In this document: positions 18,470 through 29,050 of the stretch, piece after piece
Numbering within the stretch: position 1 is the first letter of the stretch
Layout: every line of letters starts with the position of its first letter
Assembly (NCBI GenBank): GCA_963817895.1
Contig: CAWFQB010000011.1
Span: forward strand, 224,001-288,000
Reading direction: 5' to 3'
Source of the DNA: an uncultured Chthonomonadaceae bacterium
GTDB taxonomy: Bacteria > Armatimonadota > Chthonomonadetes > Chthonomonadales > Chthonomonadaceae
Length of the DNA stretch: 64,000 nt
Notes under the pieces: generated by a model
What the model was told of the DNA's origin: nothing
The model's database searches: none
The model's input: only the letters and a program-made list of their open reading frames with translations
Translations under genes and position numbers: made by a program

Positions 18470-19857
18470 AAGCCTCTCTTTTTCACCGTTGTACCCTGCG
18501 GGCCGTCGCCCACTTCAAAGCCCATGCCGATCAACTGGTTGCGCAGGGCGTCGGATTCAGCCCAATTCTTGCCTTTGCGGGCATCGTTGCGGGCTTCGAT
18601 GAGCGATAGAACCTCTTCGGAAAGCGGTTCCTCTTCCGGGCAGGAGCGTTTCGCTATGTCCAGTCCGAGGATGCTGTCGAACTCTATCCAAAGGCGGTGA
18701 CTGCCGTGCGAATTGAGCAGCCCGACGGCCTGCGGAACGCTCAGGTCGTCGTTGAACGCTTCCAGTACACGCGCTTTTGCTGCTTGAAACGCGATCTCAT
18801 CGTCCTTAAACGGGTCGTTGTCCGGGCAAAGGCTGTACACGCGGCGCAATCCCGTTGACGCGGCTTCCAATGCTTCCGTCGAGAAGTTCAGTTCCGAGCG
18901 ATAATGCGCCTGTAGGCAGAAGTAGCGGTACGCGATGGGATCGAAGCCCCTGTCTATCAAGTCCTGTATGGTGCTTGGCGGGCGCTCTTCGGGCGGCAGT
19001 TTCATCAGTTCCGACTTGGACAGTTTGCCGCCGCTCATCAGCAGAAACTCGCTGTGCAGCCAGTAGCGAACGAACGGATGATGCGTGGCGCACTCCGACT
19101 GCGCGATTTCATTGGTGTGATGCACGGGAATGTGATCCACGCCGCCGCAGTGAATGTCGAACGTTTCCCCTAAATACTTCATGGACATGGCGGAACATTC
19201 GATGTGCCAGCCGGGATAGCCCGGACCCCATGGGCTTGCCCACTGCATGGCGTGATTGGGCTTATTCAAAAACCACAGCATGAAGTCGGACGGGTTGCGC
19301 TTGGTTTCGTCCTCAATCACTTCGCTGCGCGTGGTCTGCTGATTGGTTAGTTGCAGCCGCGCGAACTTGCCGTAATCGGGAAACTTCGCCGTATCGAAAT
19401 ACACGCCCTCGGTCGTCTGATAGGTATAGCCGTTCGCTTCCAGACGCTCTATCAGGGCGATCATTTCCACAATATGTTCCGTAGCGCGGGGCGCCACTTC
19501 GGGACGTTGAATGTTAAGGCGTTCCGTATCGCGGAAAAACGCTTCCTCGTAGGTGCGGGCAATGTCGTAGGGCGAGCGGTTTTCGCGTTCCGCCGCCACC
19601 TGCATTTTGTCCTCGCCCGCGTCCGCGTCCGTCGTCATGTGGCCCACGTCCGTAATGTTCATGACGTGTTCCACCTGGTAGCCGTTGAACGTCAGGACGC
19701 GGCGCAGCACATCCTCAAAGATGTAGGTGCGCAGGTTGCCGATATGCGCGAAGTTGTAGACCGTCGGGCCGCAACAATACATACGCGCCTTGCCCGATTC
19801 CAGCGGAACAAAATCCTGCTTGCCGCGCGTCATTGTGTTGAACAGTTTGATGGTCAT
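18466..19857 (-). CDS. cysS: Cysteine-tRNA ligase
   Basis: CGPTVY..HIGN, GYPGWHIECSAM, DIHCGG.DH..HH.NE.AQS, KLSKS. Confidence 0.97.
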   Translation of the reverse strand: MTIKLFNTMTRGKQDFVPLESGKARMYCCGPTVYNFAHIGNLRTYIFEDVLRRVLTFNGYQVEHVMNITDVGHMTTDADAGEDKMQVAAERENRSPYDIARTYEEAFFRDTERLNIQRPEVAPRATEHIVEMIALIERLEANGYTYQTTEGVYFDTAKFPDYGKFARLQLTNQQTTRSEVIEDETKRNPSDFMLWFLNKPNHAMQWASPWGPGYPGWHIECSAMSMKYLGETFDIHCGGVDHIPVHHTNEIAQSECATHHPFVRYWLHSEFLLMSGGKLSKSELMKLPPEERPPSTIQDLIDRGFDPIAYRYFCLQAHYRSELNFSTEALEAASTGLRRVYSLCPDNDPFKDDEIAFQAAKARVLEAFNDDLSVPQAVGLLNSHGSHRLWIEFDSILGLDIAKRSCPEEEPLSEEVLSLIEARNDARKGKNWAESDALRNQLIGMGFEVGDGPQGTTVKKRGL

Positions 19858-20097
19858 AGCGAATACATCTCCTCGGTTTCAAGTGTTTCATTATACCAGA
19901 CATGGCTCTGTTGCGAACTTTCTATAATTCTGTCGCGTAGAAGAATTTAGTTAAGGTGTGTGAACAATTAAGTAACCTTAAACAGTTATAGTCGTCCTAT
20001 CCCATGAGGCGCAGAGCGCAACCCGTGTCGGTTGGCGTTCCTGAGTGATTTCTCGTTTCACACTATTGTGTGACTCTCTTTCCATGACAAGGCTGCC

Positions 20098-22050
20098 ATG
20101 AAGCGTACCCTGAAACTTATTACCATTCTCATTCCTGTTCTGCTGCTCGGCGGGCTGATAGCCTGGCGTATGGGCGCGAAGAAAAAGGAAACCGCGCAGC
20201 GCAATCAGGCTGCCGCCGCCCGTAAGAACGCCCCGTCCAATGTGACGGTCGTACCCGCGACCATTCGCGATATTGTAGATACGTATGAGGCGGTCGGCAA
20301 TGTCGAGTCGCCTTTCAACGTCCGGCTCGCGGCTAAAATCACGGGGCGCGTGGACTATTTGCAGGTTCGCGAAGGCGCGAAGGTCACGCAGGGCGAAGTT
20401 CTCGCGCGGATTGATCCCTCGGAAGTGGCGGCAACCGTTGCGCAGCAGCAGGCCAATGTCGCTGAAGCGCAGGGCAGATTGGCGCAGGCGCAATTGACAA
20501 CGGGTTCCACGAATGTCGGAGTCGCGTCCCAAATCGCGCAGCAGCGGGCGACACAGGCCAGCGCTCAGGCCGATTACAACCAGCAACGGGAAAACTATGC
20601 CGCGCAGGTAGCCGCCGCCAATGCCGCCGTCACTTCGGCGCAGGGCAGCGTTACCAATGTCCGCTCCGCGATCCGCAATGCCGAAGCCACCGTGCGCAGC
20701 GCGCAGGCCAATCTCAACAACGCGCAGGTTCGCCTGAACCGGACGCTGGATTTGTATAAGCAGGGATTTGTGGCCGCGCAGGACGTGGACGACGCGCGAA
20801 CGCAGGTAAGTGTGCAGCAGGGCGCGGTAGATGTGGCGAAAGGTCAGCTTGCCGGGGCGCAGGCGCAGCTTGGCTCGGCGCAAGCCCAATTGCAATCCAC
20901 GCAGGAACAGGCCAGCATTGTCAGCGTAAAGGGCAAGGCCGACATCGAGGCGGCGCGGCAAAAAGTATTACAGGCGCAGGCGGCGGTCACTCTCGCGGTT
21001 GCCAATCGCGCCCAAACTCCCGCGTACCTCGCCAACCTTCGCGCTTTGCAGGCCACTGTGACCGCCGCGCAGGGCCAGCTTCGCAATGCGCAGGCGCAGC
21101 TTGAAAACACGATTTTGCGCTCTCCCCTCAACGGCTATGTCACGATGCGCGGCGCCGATCCCGGCACAACCGTGATGGCGGGAACGCCTGTTCTCACCGT
21201 AGAGTCGTTACAGCAGGTATACGTCACCACGTCCATTCCTGAAGAGATCAGCAACAGCGTCCATCTGGGACAGACAGCCTCGGCGGAGTTCGACGCCATG
21301 CCCGGACGAACCTATACCGGCAAAATCACGCAGGTAAATCCCGCCGCCGACCCGCAAAGCCGGCAATTTACGGTTCGCCTGACGCTCGACAACCCCACCG
21401 GGCAGTTGAAGCCGGGGATGTTCGCCCGCGTCACCTTTGTCACGCGGCGTATCCCCAATGCGCTTCAAATCCCCCGCGAGGCCGTAAAAGCCGATCCTAA
21501 AACTCGTTCGCAGGTAGTCACCGTGGTGGACACGGACGGCGTAGCGCACATTCGTCCCGTTAAAACCGGCATCAGCAGCGGCGCGGATATACAGATTCTG
21601 AATGGCCTGCAAGCCGGTGAACAGGTGTTGACGTTGAGCCTGACTCCTGTGAAAGACGGTCAAAAGGTTGTTTCGACCGTAGCCGATGATAACGGCAATG
21701 GCGGTGGAGGGGGCGCGGCCCAAAAGCGAGCGGGCGGCGGGGCAGGGAGCGCGACAGGTGGAGCCGCAGGGGGCGGAACCGCGAATAGCAGTCAGGGTGG
21801 CGGCGCGGCCCTCACCGGCGGCAACGCGATGGGAGCCAATGGGAGCGCGCGAAGCGGCAATCCGGGCGGAGGGCCAACCACTTCCAGCGGAACTCCGGCG
21901 GAATTGAATGGAACCGGTTCGCTCGGACAAAGCGGCGCGAACGGCGGCTTTGGGGCGGCGGGCGGCGCGACTGCCAATGGCGGGCAGGGCGCGGCAGGCG
22001 GTTTCAGCGGCCCCAACGCAAACGGAGCCGGTTCCACCGGGGCGCGATAA
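20098..22050 (+). CDS. RND efflux periplasmic adaptor with long coiled coil and Gly-rich tail
   Basis: N-terminal TM; lipoyl half-motifs (KITGRV..VREG; RSPLNG); LKPGMF. Confidence 0.92.
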   Translation: MKRTLKLITILIPVLLLGGLIAWRMGAKKKETAQRNQAAAARKNAPSNVTVVPATIRDIVDTYEAVGNVESPFNVRLAAKITGRVDYLQVREGAKVTQGEVLARIDPSEVAATVAQQQANVAEAQGRLAQAQLTTGSTNVGVASQIAQQRATQASAQADYNQQRENYAAQVAAANAAVTSAQGSVTNVRSAIRNAEATVRSAQANLNNAQVRLNRTLDLYKQGFVAAQDVDDARTQVSVQQGAVDVAKGQLAGAQAQLGSAQAQLQSTQEQASIVSVKGKADIEAARQKVLQAQAAVTLAVANRAQTPAYLANLRALQATVTAAQGQLRNAQAQLENTILRSPLNGYVTMRGADPGTTVMAGTPVLTVESLQQVYVTTSIPEEISNSVHLGQTASAEFDAMPGRTYTGKITQVNPAADPQSRQFTVRLTLDNPTGQLKPGMFARVTFVTRRIPNALQIPREAVKADPKTRSQVVTVVDTDGVAHIRPVKTGISSGADIQILNGLQAGEQVLTLSLTPVKDGQKVVSTVADDNGNGGGGGAAQKRAGGGAGSATGGAAGGGTANSSQGGGAALTGGNAMGANGSARSGNPGGGPTTSSGTPAELNGTGSLGQSGANGGFGAAGGATANGGQGAAGGFSGPNANGAGSTGAR

Positions 22051-22085
22051 ATTTTTCACTTGCTTGTTTTTGGTTGGAGTAGAGA

Positions 22086-25000
22086 ATGAATCTCGCAAAA
22101 TTATCTGTAACCCGCCCCGTCGCGGTGACGATGCGTATCGCCGCTTTAGTGCTGCTGGGCTTCGTCTGCTTTTATAAACTGCCCGTTGACCTGCTGCCTG
22201 CCGTGTCGCTGCCTACGGTCGCCGTAATCACGCAATGGCCCAACGTCGCGCCCGAAGAGCTGGAAACGCAGATCACGCGGCCTATCGAGCAGGCCGTCAA
22301 CAGCGCGCCCAACATCTATCAGGTCAGTTCCAGCACCGTGACCGGTGTTTCTACCGTGCGCGTCCAGTTCAACTGGGGAACCGACATTGGGCAGGGCGCG
22401 ATTGACGTGCTGCAACTGGTGGAACGCGCCCGCCAACGCTTCCCCAACGACCCTACGCTGCAAACGCCGATTGTTTACAAGTACGATCCCTCACAACTAC
22501 CGATTATGATTTATGGCGTGTCCGGCGAGGACGACCCGGTTAAACTGCGGACGCTGCTGGACAACACCATTTCGCCTATTATCTCTTCCGCGAACGGAGT
22601 GGCGTCGGCGGTAGCGACAGGCGGCGAGCAACGCGCCCTAATTATTGATGTGGACCCGGACAAACTGCGCGCTTACCACCTGACAATGACGGAGGTATCC
22701 AATCGTATTGTCGCGGAAAACATTGACCTGCCTGCGGGAATCGCCAAAGAAAGCAATACGGAGTACACCATTCGGGCGGAGGGCCAGTTTCTCAACCCGA
22801 ACGACGCTGCCAACATTCCCGTCGGCTCGTTCAACGGGCAGATTGTGTCTCTGAGTCAGGTAGCCCACGTATCGGACAGCCATCAGGAAACGCGCCTGTA
22901 TACGCGCCTGAACGGAACGCCTGCGGCGGGCATGATTATTGTCAAGCAGAGTGGCGCGAATACCGTTTCCACTGCCGAGAACGTGCGCGAAAAACTGAAA
23001 ACGGTTCAGCAGCTCTATCCAAATCTCAAATGGCAACTTGCCTACGAGCAGGCCAGCTTTATTCAGGCGTCCGTAGACGATGTGAAGAACAGCGCGTTAA
23101 TCGGCGGAAGCCTTGCCGTTGTTATCCTGCTGTTTTTCCTGCGCAGTTTCCGCAGCACGATGGTTGTCGCGCTTTCCATTCCGATTTCGATTATCTCCAC
23201 CTTCAGCCTGTTCTATTTCTGCGGCTTTTCGCTGAACACGATTTCCTTGAGCGGTCTGTCGCTGGCGACCGGTCTGATTGTGGATGATGCCGTTGTGGTT
23301 CTGGAAAACATCTTCCGCCATATCGAACGCGATAAACTGCCTCCGGCGGAAGCCGCCGTCACTGGGGCGCAGGAGATAACCTCCGCCGTTTTTGCCTCCA
23401 CAATTACAGTTATGATCGTTTTCCTGCCCCTGTTGCTGCTCAAAGGGCAGTCCGGGCAGTTGTTTACGCAATTCGCGCTCGTGGTGATCTTTTCCATCGC
23501 CATCTCCCTGCTGGACGCCACAACCGTCGTACCCATGCTGGCGTCGCGCTTCATCAAATCCGAAGAGATAGAAGCGGACCATCAGCGGCATGAGCAACAT
23601 AACAAGGGAACAGGAGAAGCGTCACCTACCGCTAACCGCCAAAAACCCAAAACCAACATCATTACGCGCGTTTTCGATTGGTTCGGGGATCGGTTGGACG
23701 CGCTGGACGCTGCGTATCACCGGGGGCTACAATGGGGGCTGCGGAAGCGGCTGTGGGTAATTTTGGGAGCCATCGGCATTTCCGGCGCGAGTTTCCTGCT
23801 CATACCCTACATCGGCACGGAAGTATTGCCGCAAACCGACAGCGGCAACATCAACGTGCTAATTAAATTGCCCGTCGGCACAGCCTTGAGCGTGACGGAC
23901 GCGACCATGAAGCAGGTGGAAGACACGCTGCTGAAAAACAAGAATGTGGAAACCGTGTTTGCCGTTGCCGGTTCTACCCTGAGCCTGCGCGGAACCTCTA
24001 CCGCGCTGACCGGCTATTATGGCGCGGCGACCGTGCGCTTGAAAGAGGATCGCAAGCAGACCACGCAGCAGGTGATTACGGATGTGCAAAAGAAGCTGGC
24101 GAAACTGCCCGGCGCGAGAGCCATTGTCACGCCTTACGATCTGGTCACGCAGATTTTGACGGGCGGGGCGCAGAATATGGAAGTGGATATTTATGGCGAC
24201 GACCTGACGCAGCTATCCGCCCTGTCGCGAAGCATACTGGCGCAGGCGCGGCAGATTCCCGGCTTTGAAAGCGCGGACCTGAACGTGCAGGAATCCACGC
24301 CGGAATTGCGCTGGAAAGTGGACCGGCAAAAGATGCTTCAGCTGGGCGTGTCCTTTTCCGACATCTCCTCCGCGCTGAATACGGCCACCAACGGCACACT
24401 GTCGAGTTACTATCAGGAAAACGGGTTCCAGTATCCGATTTACGTGCAGGTTCCGGTTAATCAGCGCAAATCCATTGAGGAACTGCTGCGCCTGCCCATC
24501 ACGCCTACCGCAAAGACCGGAAGCGCGACAAGCGGCGCGGTCAGCAATGCCACCATTGAACTGCGGCAGGTCGCCGAACCGATTTACGGTTTTGGCCCGA
24601 ACGAAATCACGCGGCAAAACAATCAGCGCTATATCGCGATTACGGGCGTCGTGCAGGGACGTCCCCAAAGCGAAGTTCAGGTAGAATTGACCAACCTGCT
24701 GAACAAAACGCAGTTTCCCACCGGCAACTACTGGACGCTGGGCGTCAATCAGCTGCGTCAGGCGCAGGAGTTTTCCGGGTTGGGCGTCTCCATTCTGCTG
24801 GCGATTGCCCTGATTTACATGCTTCTTGCCGCGCAATTCGAGTCGTTCGTGTACCCGCTGACGATCCTGATGTCGGTTCCATTATGCGCGATTGGCGTTG
24901 TGCTGGCCCTGTTCCTGACGGGCCGCTCGTTCGGTTTGACGGCGTTCATTGGACTGCTGCTGCTCATCGGTATCGTGGTGAAAAACGGTATCCTGCTGGT

Positions 25001-25376
25001 GGACTATACCAACCAACTGCGCAGCAGAGGGCTGGAGCGGGATGAGGCTGTATTGACCGCAAGCCCGACTCGCCTGCGTCCAATTCTGATGACATCCAGC
25101 GCGGCCATTCTGGGCATGGTTCCACTCGCGCTCGCGCTTGGCAAAGGCTCGGAAACACAGGCCCCGCTCGCCACAGCCGTTATTGGTGGCCTGACAACTT
25201 CCACCGTGCTGACGCTGTTCGTAGTTCCGGTCGTGTACACGCTCTTCGACGATTTAGGAAACTTCTTCCAAAAGCGCAAGCAGGACAAAGCTGACGCGAA
25301 GAATGGCGTCTCGGTAACGGCTGCCGTTGAACAGCCTGCTGAAAATAAACCTGAGTCTGCTGACGCGAAAGAGTAG
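22086..25376 (+). CDS. RND efflux permease (AcrB family)
   Basis: GLIVDDAVVVLENI, GIVVKNGILLVD, RLRPILMT; 1096 aa. Confidence 0.96.
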   Translation: MNLAKLSVTRPVAVTMRIAALVLLGFVCFYKLPVDLLPAVSLPTVAVITQWPNVAPEELETQITRPIEQAVNSAPNIYQVSSSTVTGVSTVRVQFNWGTDIGQGAIDVLQLVERARQRFPNDPTLQTPIVYKYDPSQLPIMIYGVSGEDDPVKLRTLLDNTISPIISSANGVASAVATGGEQRALIIDVDPDKLRAYHLTMTEVSNRIVAENIDLPAGIAKESNTEYTIRAEGQFLNPNDAANIPVGSFNGQIVSLSQVAHVSDSHQETRLYTRLNGTPAAGMIIVKQSGANTVSTAENVREKLKTVQQLYPNLKWQLAYEQASFIQASVDDVKNSALIGGSLAVVILLFFLRSFRSTMVVALSIPISIISTFSLFYFCGFSLNTISLSGLSLATGLIVDDAVVVLENIFRHIERDKLPPAEAAVTGAQEITSAVFASTITVMIVFLPLLLLKGQSGQLFTQFALVVIFSIAISLLDATTVVPMLASRFIKSEEIEADHQRHEQHNKGTGEASPTANRQKPKTNIITRVFDWFGDRLDALDAAYHRGLQWGLRKRLWVILGAIGISGASFLLIPYIGTEVLPQTDSGNINVLIKLPVGTALSVTDATMKQVEDTLLKNKNVETVFAVAGSTLSLRGTSTALTGYYGAATVRLKEDRKQTTQQVITDVQKKLAKLPGARAIVTPYDLVTQILTGGAQNMEVDIYGDDLTQLSALSRSILAQARQIPGFESADLNVQESTPELRWKVDRQKMLQLGVSFSDISSALNTATNGTLSSYYQENGFQYPIYVQVPVNQRKSIEELLRLPITPTAKTGSATSGAVSNATIELRQVAEPIYGFGPNEITRQNNQRYIAITGVVQGRPQSEVQVELTNLLNKTQFPTGNYWTLGVNQLRQAQEFSGLGVSILLAIALIYMLLAAQFESFVYPLTILMSVPLCAIGVVLALFLTGRSFGLTAFIGLLLLIGIVVKNGILLVDYTNQLRSRGLERDEAVLTASPTRLRPILMTSSAAILGMVPLALALGKGSETQAPLATAVIGGLTTSTVLTLFVVPVVYTLFDDLGNFFQKRKQDKADAKNGVSVTAAVEQPAENKPESADAKE

Positions 25377-25422
25377 GTTCGGCCTGTTACATGCCGGATG
25401 CGTGGAATTCACCTGTAGTCCT

Positions 25423-25977
25423 ATGAACGATGAAGAGCGTGACAATGAAGAGAGTGTGCAGGCGCACGCGGAGCAGTTGGAAACGCTACTGCCACGACTG
25501 ATGCGCCGCCTGTTTTCGCTGCAACCCGACCATCCCGCGACGGAACTGCCGGTCGCGCAATTGCGCGTATGCACCATTCTACAGGCCGGCCCGCGCACCC
25601 TGTCCGCTATCGGGGACGAACTCGGAATCTCGGTCAGCGCAACCACGCAAATTGCCGACCGTTTGGAAAAAGTCGCCCTTGTAGAGCGCATCTCCGGGCA
25701 GGATGATCGCCGCACTAAAAAACTGCAATTGTCCGCGCATGGACGCGAGATGATGCAATCGCGGCGCAAAGTACGCATCCTGCGCGTCGCCGCCGTTCTG
25801 GAACACTTGCCTGCCGCGCAGCGCGAATCCGTGCTGGAAGCGGTCCATGACTTGCTTGCCGCTGCCGATGCCGTGTCGCCGCCGATGCCGCAGAAGACCC
25901 CATTGGGATTCGGCAGGAACAATAGGGAAGGGAGTAGGGAGTGGGGAGTGGGGAATAGGGGTAAGTTCTTCTGTTGA
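25423..25977 (+). CDS. MarR family transcriptional regulator
   Basis: LPVAQLRVC, LGISVSATTQIADRLEK..LVER...DDRR. Confidence 0.88.
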   Translation: MNDEERDNEESVQAHAEQLETLLPRLMRRLFSLQPDHPATELPVAQLRVCTILQAGPRTLSAIGDELGISVSATTQIADRLEKVALVERISGQDDRRTKKLQLSAHGREMMQSRRKVRILRVAAVLEHLPAAQRESVLEAVHDLLAAADAVSPPMPQKTPLGFGRNNREGSREWGVGNRGKFFC

Positions 25978-26048
25978 TAGACTGAAGCATTCAGAAGCCA
26001 ACATTTAGAAAAAATACTCTACTCCCTACTCCCCACTCCCTACTCCCT
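25922..26048. repeat. Inverted heptamer arrays (GGGAGTR)n / (YACTCCC)n
   Basis: gggagtagggagtggggagtggggaatagg and tactccccactccctactccc. Confidence 0.8.
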
Positions 26049-26064
26049 GAATGAAGGAGACTCT

Positions 26065-27831
26065 ATGCCTCGTTACGCGCTGGCCCTGCTGCTTGCAGCG
26101 GGCGGCCTATGCCATGTCGCAAATGCGCAAAATTCAACGCCTGCGCCGGTTCAAACCCCGCTGCCCGCTCCGGCTGTCAATCCCAATCAGGTTCAAACGC
26201 CACCGATTGCGCCGCATACGCAGGATACGCCGGTTCCGCCCGCGATTATCATTCCGTTGCCGCCGACGCCGACGCCCGACATTCCCAACCGGCCGATTAC
26301 GGCGGATGAGGCGGCGCGTATCGCGCTGCGCTTGCAGCCGAATGTGGCGATTGCCCGCGCCAATATTGCCGCGCAACAGGGACGGACACAGCAGGTGCGC
26401 TCCGGGCTGCTGCCGCAGGTGTCGCTGTTTGGCAGTTATACCCATATCGAAACGCTTTCCACAGAACGGGGCGGCGGAACGTCTACGCCGGTGAGTACGG
26501 GGGGTACAACGGGTACAACAGGCTCCAGTGGCAGTACAAGCACTGGCGGGAGTGGAACCGGCACAACGGGAAGCAGTTCGGGAACGGGTTCCACGTCTAC
26601 GGGCGGGGTTGGCACAACCGGAGGCAGCACGTCAGGAACGGGGGGTGGAACCGGTGGAAGCGGCACGGGAACCGGGAGTACCACAACCGGCAGTGGCGGA
26701 ACGGGGAGTACAGGGGGCAGCAGCACAGGCGGCGGCTCCTCGACGGGAACAAGTACGGGAACTACGGGCGGAACCGGCGGCCCGACAACCGTAACGCAAC
26801 TGGGCGCATCCAGCGTGGCATCGGGCGAAGGGTTGATTGGGCAGGCTACCCTGCGCCAGTTGATTTATGACTTTAATCATACCCGAGATTTAGTGCGGCA
26901 GTCCGAAACCCTTGAACGAGTTGCCCTGCAAAACCTGACGCGGGTTCAGTATGATCTCGTCTTGCAGGTAAAGCAGGCGTATTATCAACTGGTACAGTAC
27001 GGGCAACTGGTTCGCGTGAACGAGGAGAACGTTGCCAACCGTCAGGAACAACTCAACCTCGCCAACGCCCGTTTACTCTCCGGGCTTGGCTTGCCGCAGG
27101 ACGTAGTGACGGCGCAAACGGCCAAAGCCGAAGCCGTGCAGCAATTGAACATAGCGCGCGGACTGGAGGGAATTGCTCGCCAGAACCTTGCCCTGCTGAT
27201 CGGCATTGATTCGCGCACACCCATCCAAATCGCTGATAGCGGGGAACCGCCTGTAACGACGGATGACGTAAACGCCCTGATTCAATCCGCTTTACAGCGC
27301 CGCCCGGAAGTGCTGCAAGCGCAGGAACAGATTCGCGCGTCCCGCTACGGCGTGAGCGCGGCCCGTTCCACCAATGCCCCGGTTGTTTCCGGCAACCTCA
27401 ACCTTACGTCACGCGGCACGGATTTCCCGCCCGGTAACGACTCGTTCAGCATCGGCGCGTCCATTCAATTCTCTCCCTTTGATGGCGGGCTGACGCAGGG
27501 GCGCGTGAAGGAAGCCCGCGCCAATCTCGACGCGAGTACCGCCGCGCTCCTCGCCGCCCAACTCGCCGTGCAAACCGATGTGACGCAGGCATACTTAAAT
27601 CTGCGCACGGCAGAGCAGCGAGTCGCCGCAACCCTCACGGAAGTCGCCAACGCCGAAGAGGGCGTCCGCATCGCAACGGGACGCTACCGTTCCGGGTTGG
27701 GCCAGTTTCTCGACATCATCAACGCGCAGTCCTTCCTCCTCTCCGCCCGCACCAATCTCGTCACCACGCAGGCACTGGTAGAACAAAACCGCGCCGCCCT
27801 CAACCGCGCGATTGGCACACCAGTACGATAA
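26065..27831 (+). CDS. TolC family outer-membrane efflux protein with Gly/Ser/Thr-rich insertion
   Basis: Signal peptide; LLPQVSL, VKQAYYQL, ALQRRPEV, VTQAYLNL, RYRSGL. Confidence 0.9.
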   Translation: MPRYALALLLAAGGLCHVANAQNSTPAPVQTPLPAPAVNPNQVQTPPIAPHTQDTPVPPAIIIPLPPTPTPDIPNRPITADEAARIALRLQPNVAIARANIAAQQGRTQQVRSGLLPQVSLFGSYTHIETLSTERGGGTSTPVSTGGTTGTTGSSGSTSTGGSGTGTTGSSSGTGSTSTGGVGTTGGSTSGTGGGTGGSGTGTGSTTTGSGGTGSTGGSSTGGGSSTGTSTGTTGGTGGPTTVTQLGASSVASGEGLIGQATLRQLIYDFNHTRDLVRQSETLERVALQNLTRVQYDLVLQVKQAYYQLVQYGQLVRVNEENVANRQEQLNLANARLLSGLGLPQDVVTAQTAKAEAVQQLNIARGLEGIARQNLALLIGIDSRTPIQIADSGEPPVTTDDVNALIQSALQRRPEVLQAQEQIRASRYGVSAARSTNAPVVSGNLNLTSRGTDFPPGNDSFSIGASIQFSPFDGGLTQGRVKEARANLDASTAALLAAQLAVQTDVTQAYLNLRTAEQRVAATLTEVANAEEGVRIATGRYRSGLGQFLDIINAQSFLLSARTNLVTTQALVEQNRAALNRAIGTPVR

Positions 27832-27838
27832 AAATCTT

Positions 27839-27960
27839 TCACTACAGAGGCACAGAGACACAGAGGTTTCACAGAGAAAAACGAGGAGAGAAGAACCAAT
27901 CCTCCTCTTCATCTTTCTTAACCTCTGTGACCCCTCTGTGTCTCTGTGCCTCTGTAGTGA
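27839..27960. repeat. Family F inverted-repeat doublet between convergent genes
   Basis: tcactacagaggcacagagacacagagg ... cctctgtgtctctgtgcctctgtagtga. Confidence 0.9.
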
Positions 27961-27965
27961 GAAAT

Positions 27966-28955
27966 TTATTCGCAGGTATAGTCGTTGGCTCGGCGGAGTT
28001 CGGCGAAGAAGAGGTATTGCTGCGCCCATCCCGCATACGCGCCGAAGCGGGAGCGGTAGGCGTCGGCAAGCGCGTTGTAGATGCGGGGCGTGAGGGATTT
28101 GTCGGCGAGTTCGGGGGCGAACAGGCGGACGGCGATCTGGCGAACGTGCGTATCTATGGGAACCGCGCCGTTTTTATCCAGACAGAACAGGCAGATGCAG
28201 TCGGCGAGTTTCGCGCCGATGCCGAACAGTTCGCAGAGCGCGGCATGGGCATCGGCGTAAGAAGCCTGTCGTAAGGAATCCAGCCAATCCGGGGGCAGAG
28301 GTTGGAAATGGCGGGCGAGAGCGATCACGCGCGGGGCGCGGTAGCCCCATAATCCGGCGCGTAAAACAGATTCGTCCGCAGCGGCAAGAGCGTCAAGAGT
28401 GGGAAACGCGAAGAAGCCATGAAATGGAGTGGCAGAGGCTGGGAATGTTGGCGGTTGGGGAAGGCCGGTTTCTATGGGCTGGCCGTAATGCGCGGCAAGG
28501 TGGGTCACGCTACGCTCGATCTTGACGACCGTATTGCATGACGCGCACAGAAACGCGAAGAAACACTCTAATGTGGGTTGACGCAACACGCGCAAACCCC
28601 GAAACGACATGACCGCTTCCGCCATGCGCGGCTCATTTCGTGTCCACTCCGCGTACAACGGCAGCAAATCCACATCCAAATTGAAGTAGTCGCGTACCAA
28701 CTCGCGCTGATTGGGCTGCGGAAACGTTTGCCAGTGGAGCGGACTGTCCGGCCTTCCCTCCTCCTGCCACGCAGCTATGACCGTTTGCCCCACCACTCCC
28801 CACCACACGCCCTGCGTATCCCGCTTCCAGTGAAAATTTTGCCCGCTCGCTACCGTAGCCGCCAGATGAAACGGCTGATTGGCGAGGGATTCGATATTCC
28901 ATATTGGTGATTGGTAGTTAGTGGCTGGTGGCGGGTTGGTGACGGTCTGCAACAT
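27966..28955 (-). CDS. 8-oxoguanine DNA glycosylase/AP lyase (OGG1-like)
   Basis: SGQNFHW, GLRVLRQ, GYRA, HhH motif LFGIGAKLADC, VPIDTHV, AGWAQQYLF. Confidence 0.88.
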   Translation of the reverse strand: MLQTVTNPPPATNYQSPIWNIESLANQPFHLAATVASGQNFHWKRDTQGVWWGVVGQTVIAAWQEEGRPDSPLHWQTFPQPNQRELVRDYFNLDVDLLPLYAEWTRNEPRMAEAVMSFRGLRVLRQPTLECFFAFLCASCNTVVKIERSVTHLAAHYGQPIETGLPQPPTFPASATPFHGFFAFPTLDALAAADESVLRAGLWGYRAPRVIALARHFQPLPPDWLDSLRQASYADAHAALCELFGIGAKLADCICLFCLDKNGAVPIDTHVRQIAVRLFAPELADKSLTPRIYNALADAYRSRFGAYAGWAQQYLFFAELRRANDYTCE

Positions 28956-29050
28956 TTAACTCCGGTTGTGAGTGGATGTGTTTCTGCTCATTATACGTCC
29001 TTGTAGCAGGAAAGAGCAGCCATACCAACCACCAATCGCCAATCACCAAC

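Noticed and set aside
26464..26800. TolC insertion as an intein or mobile element
   Set aside because: Low-complexity G/S/T sequence without splicing motifs or terminal repeats
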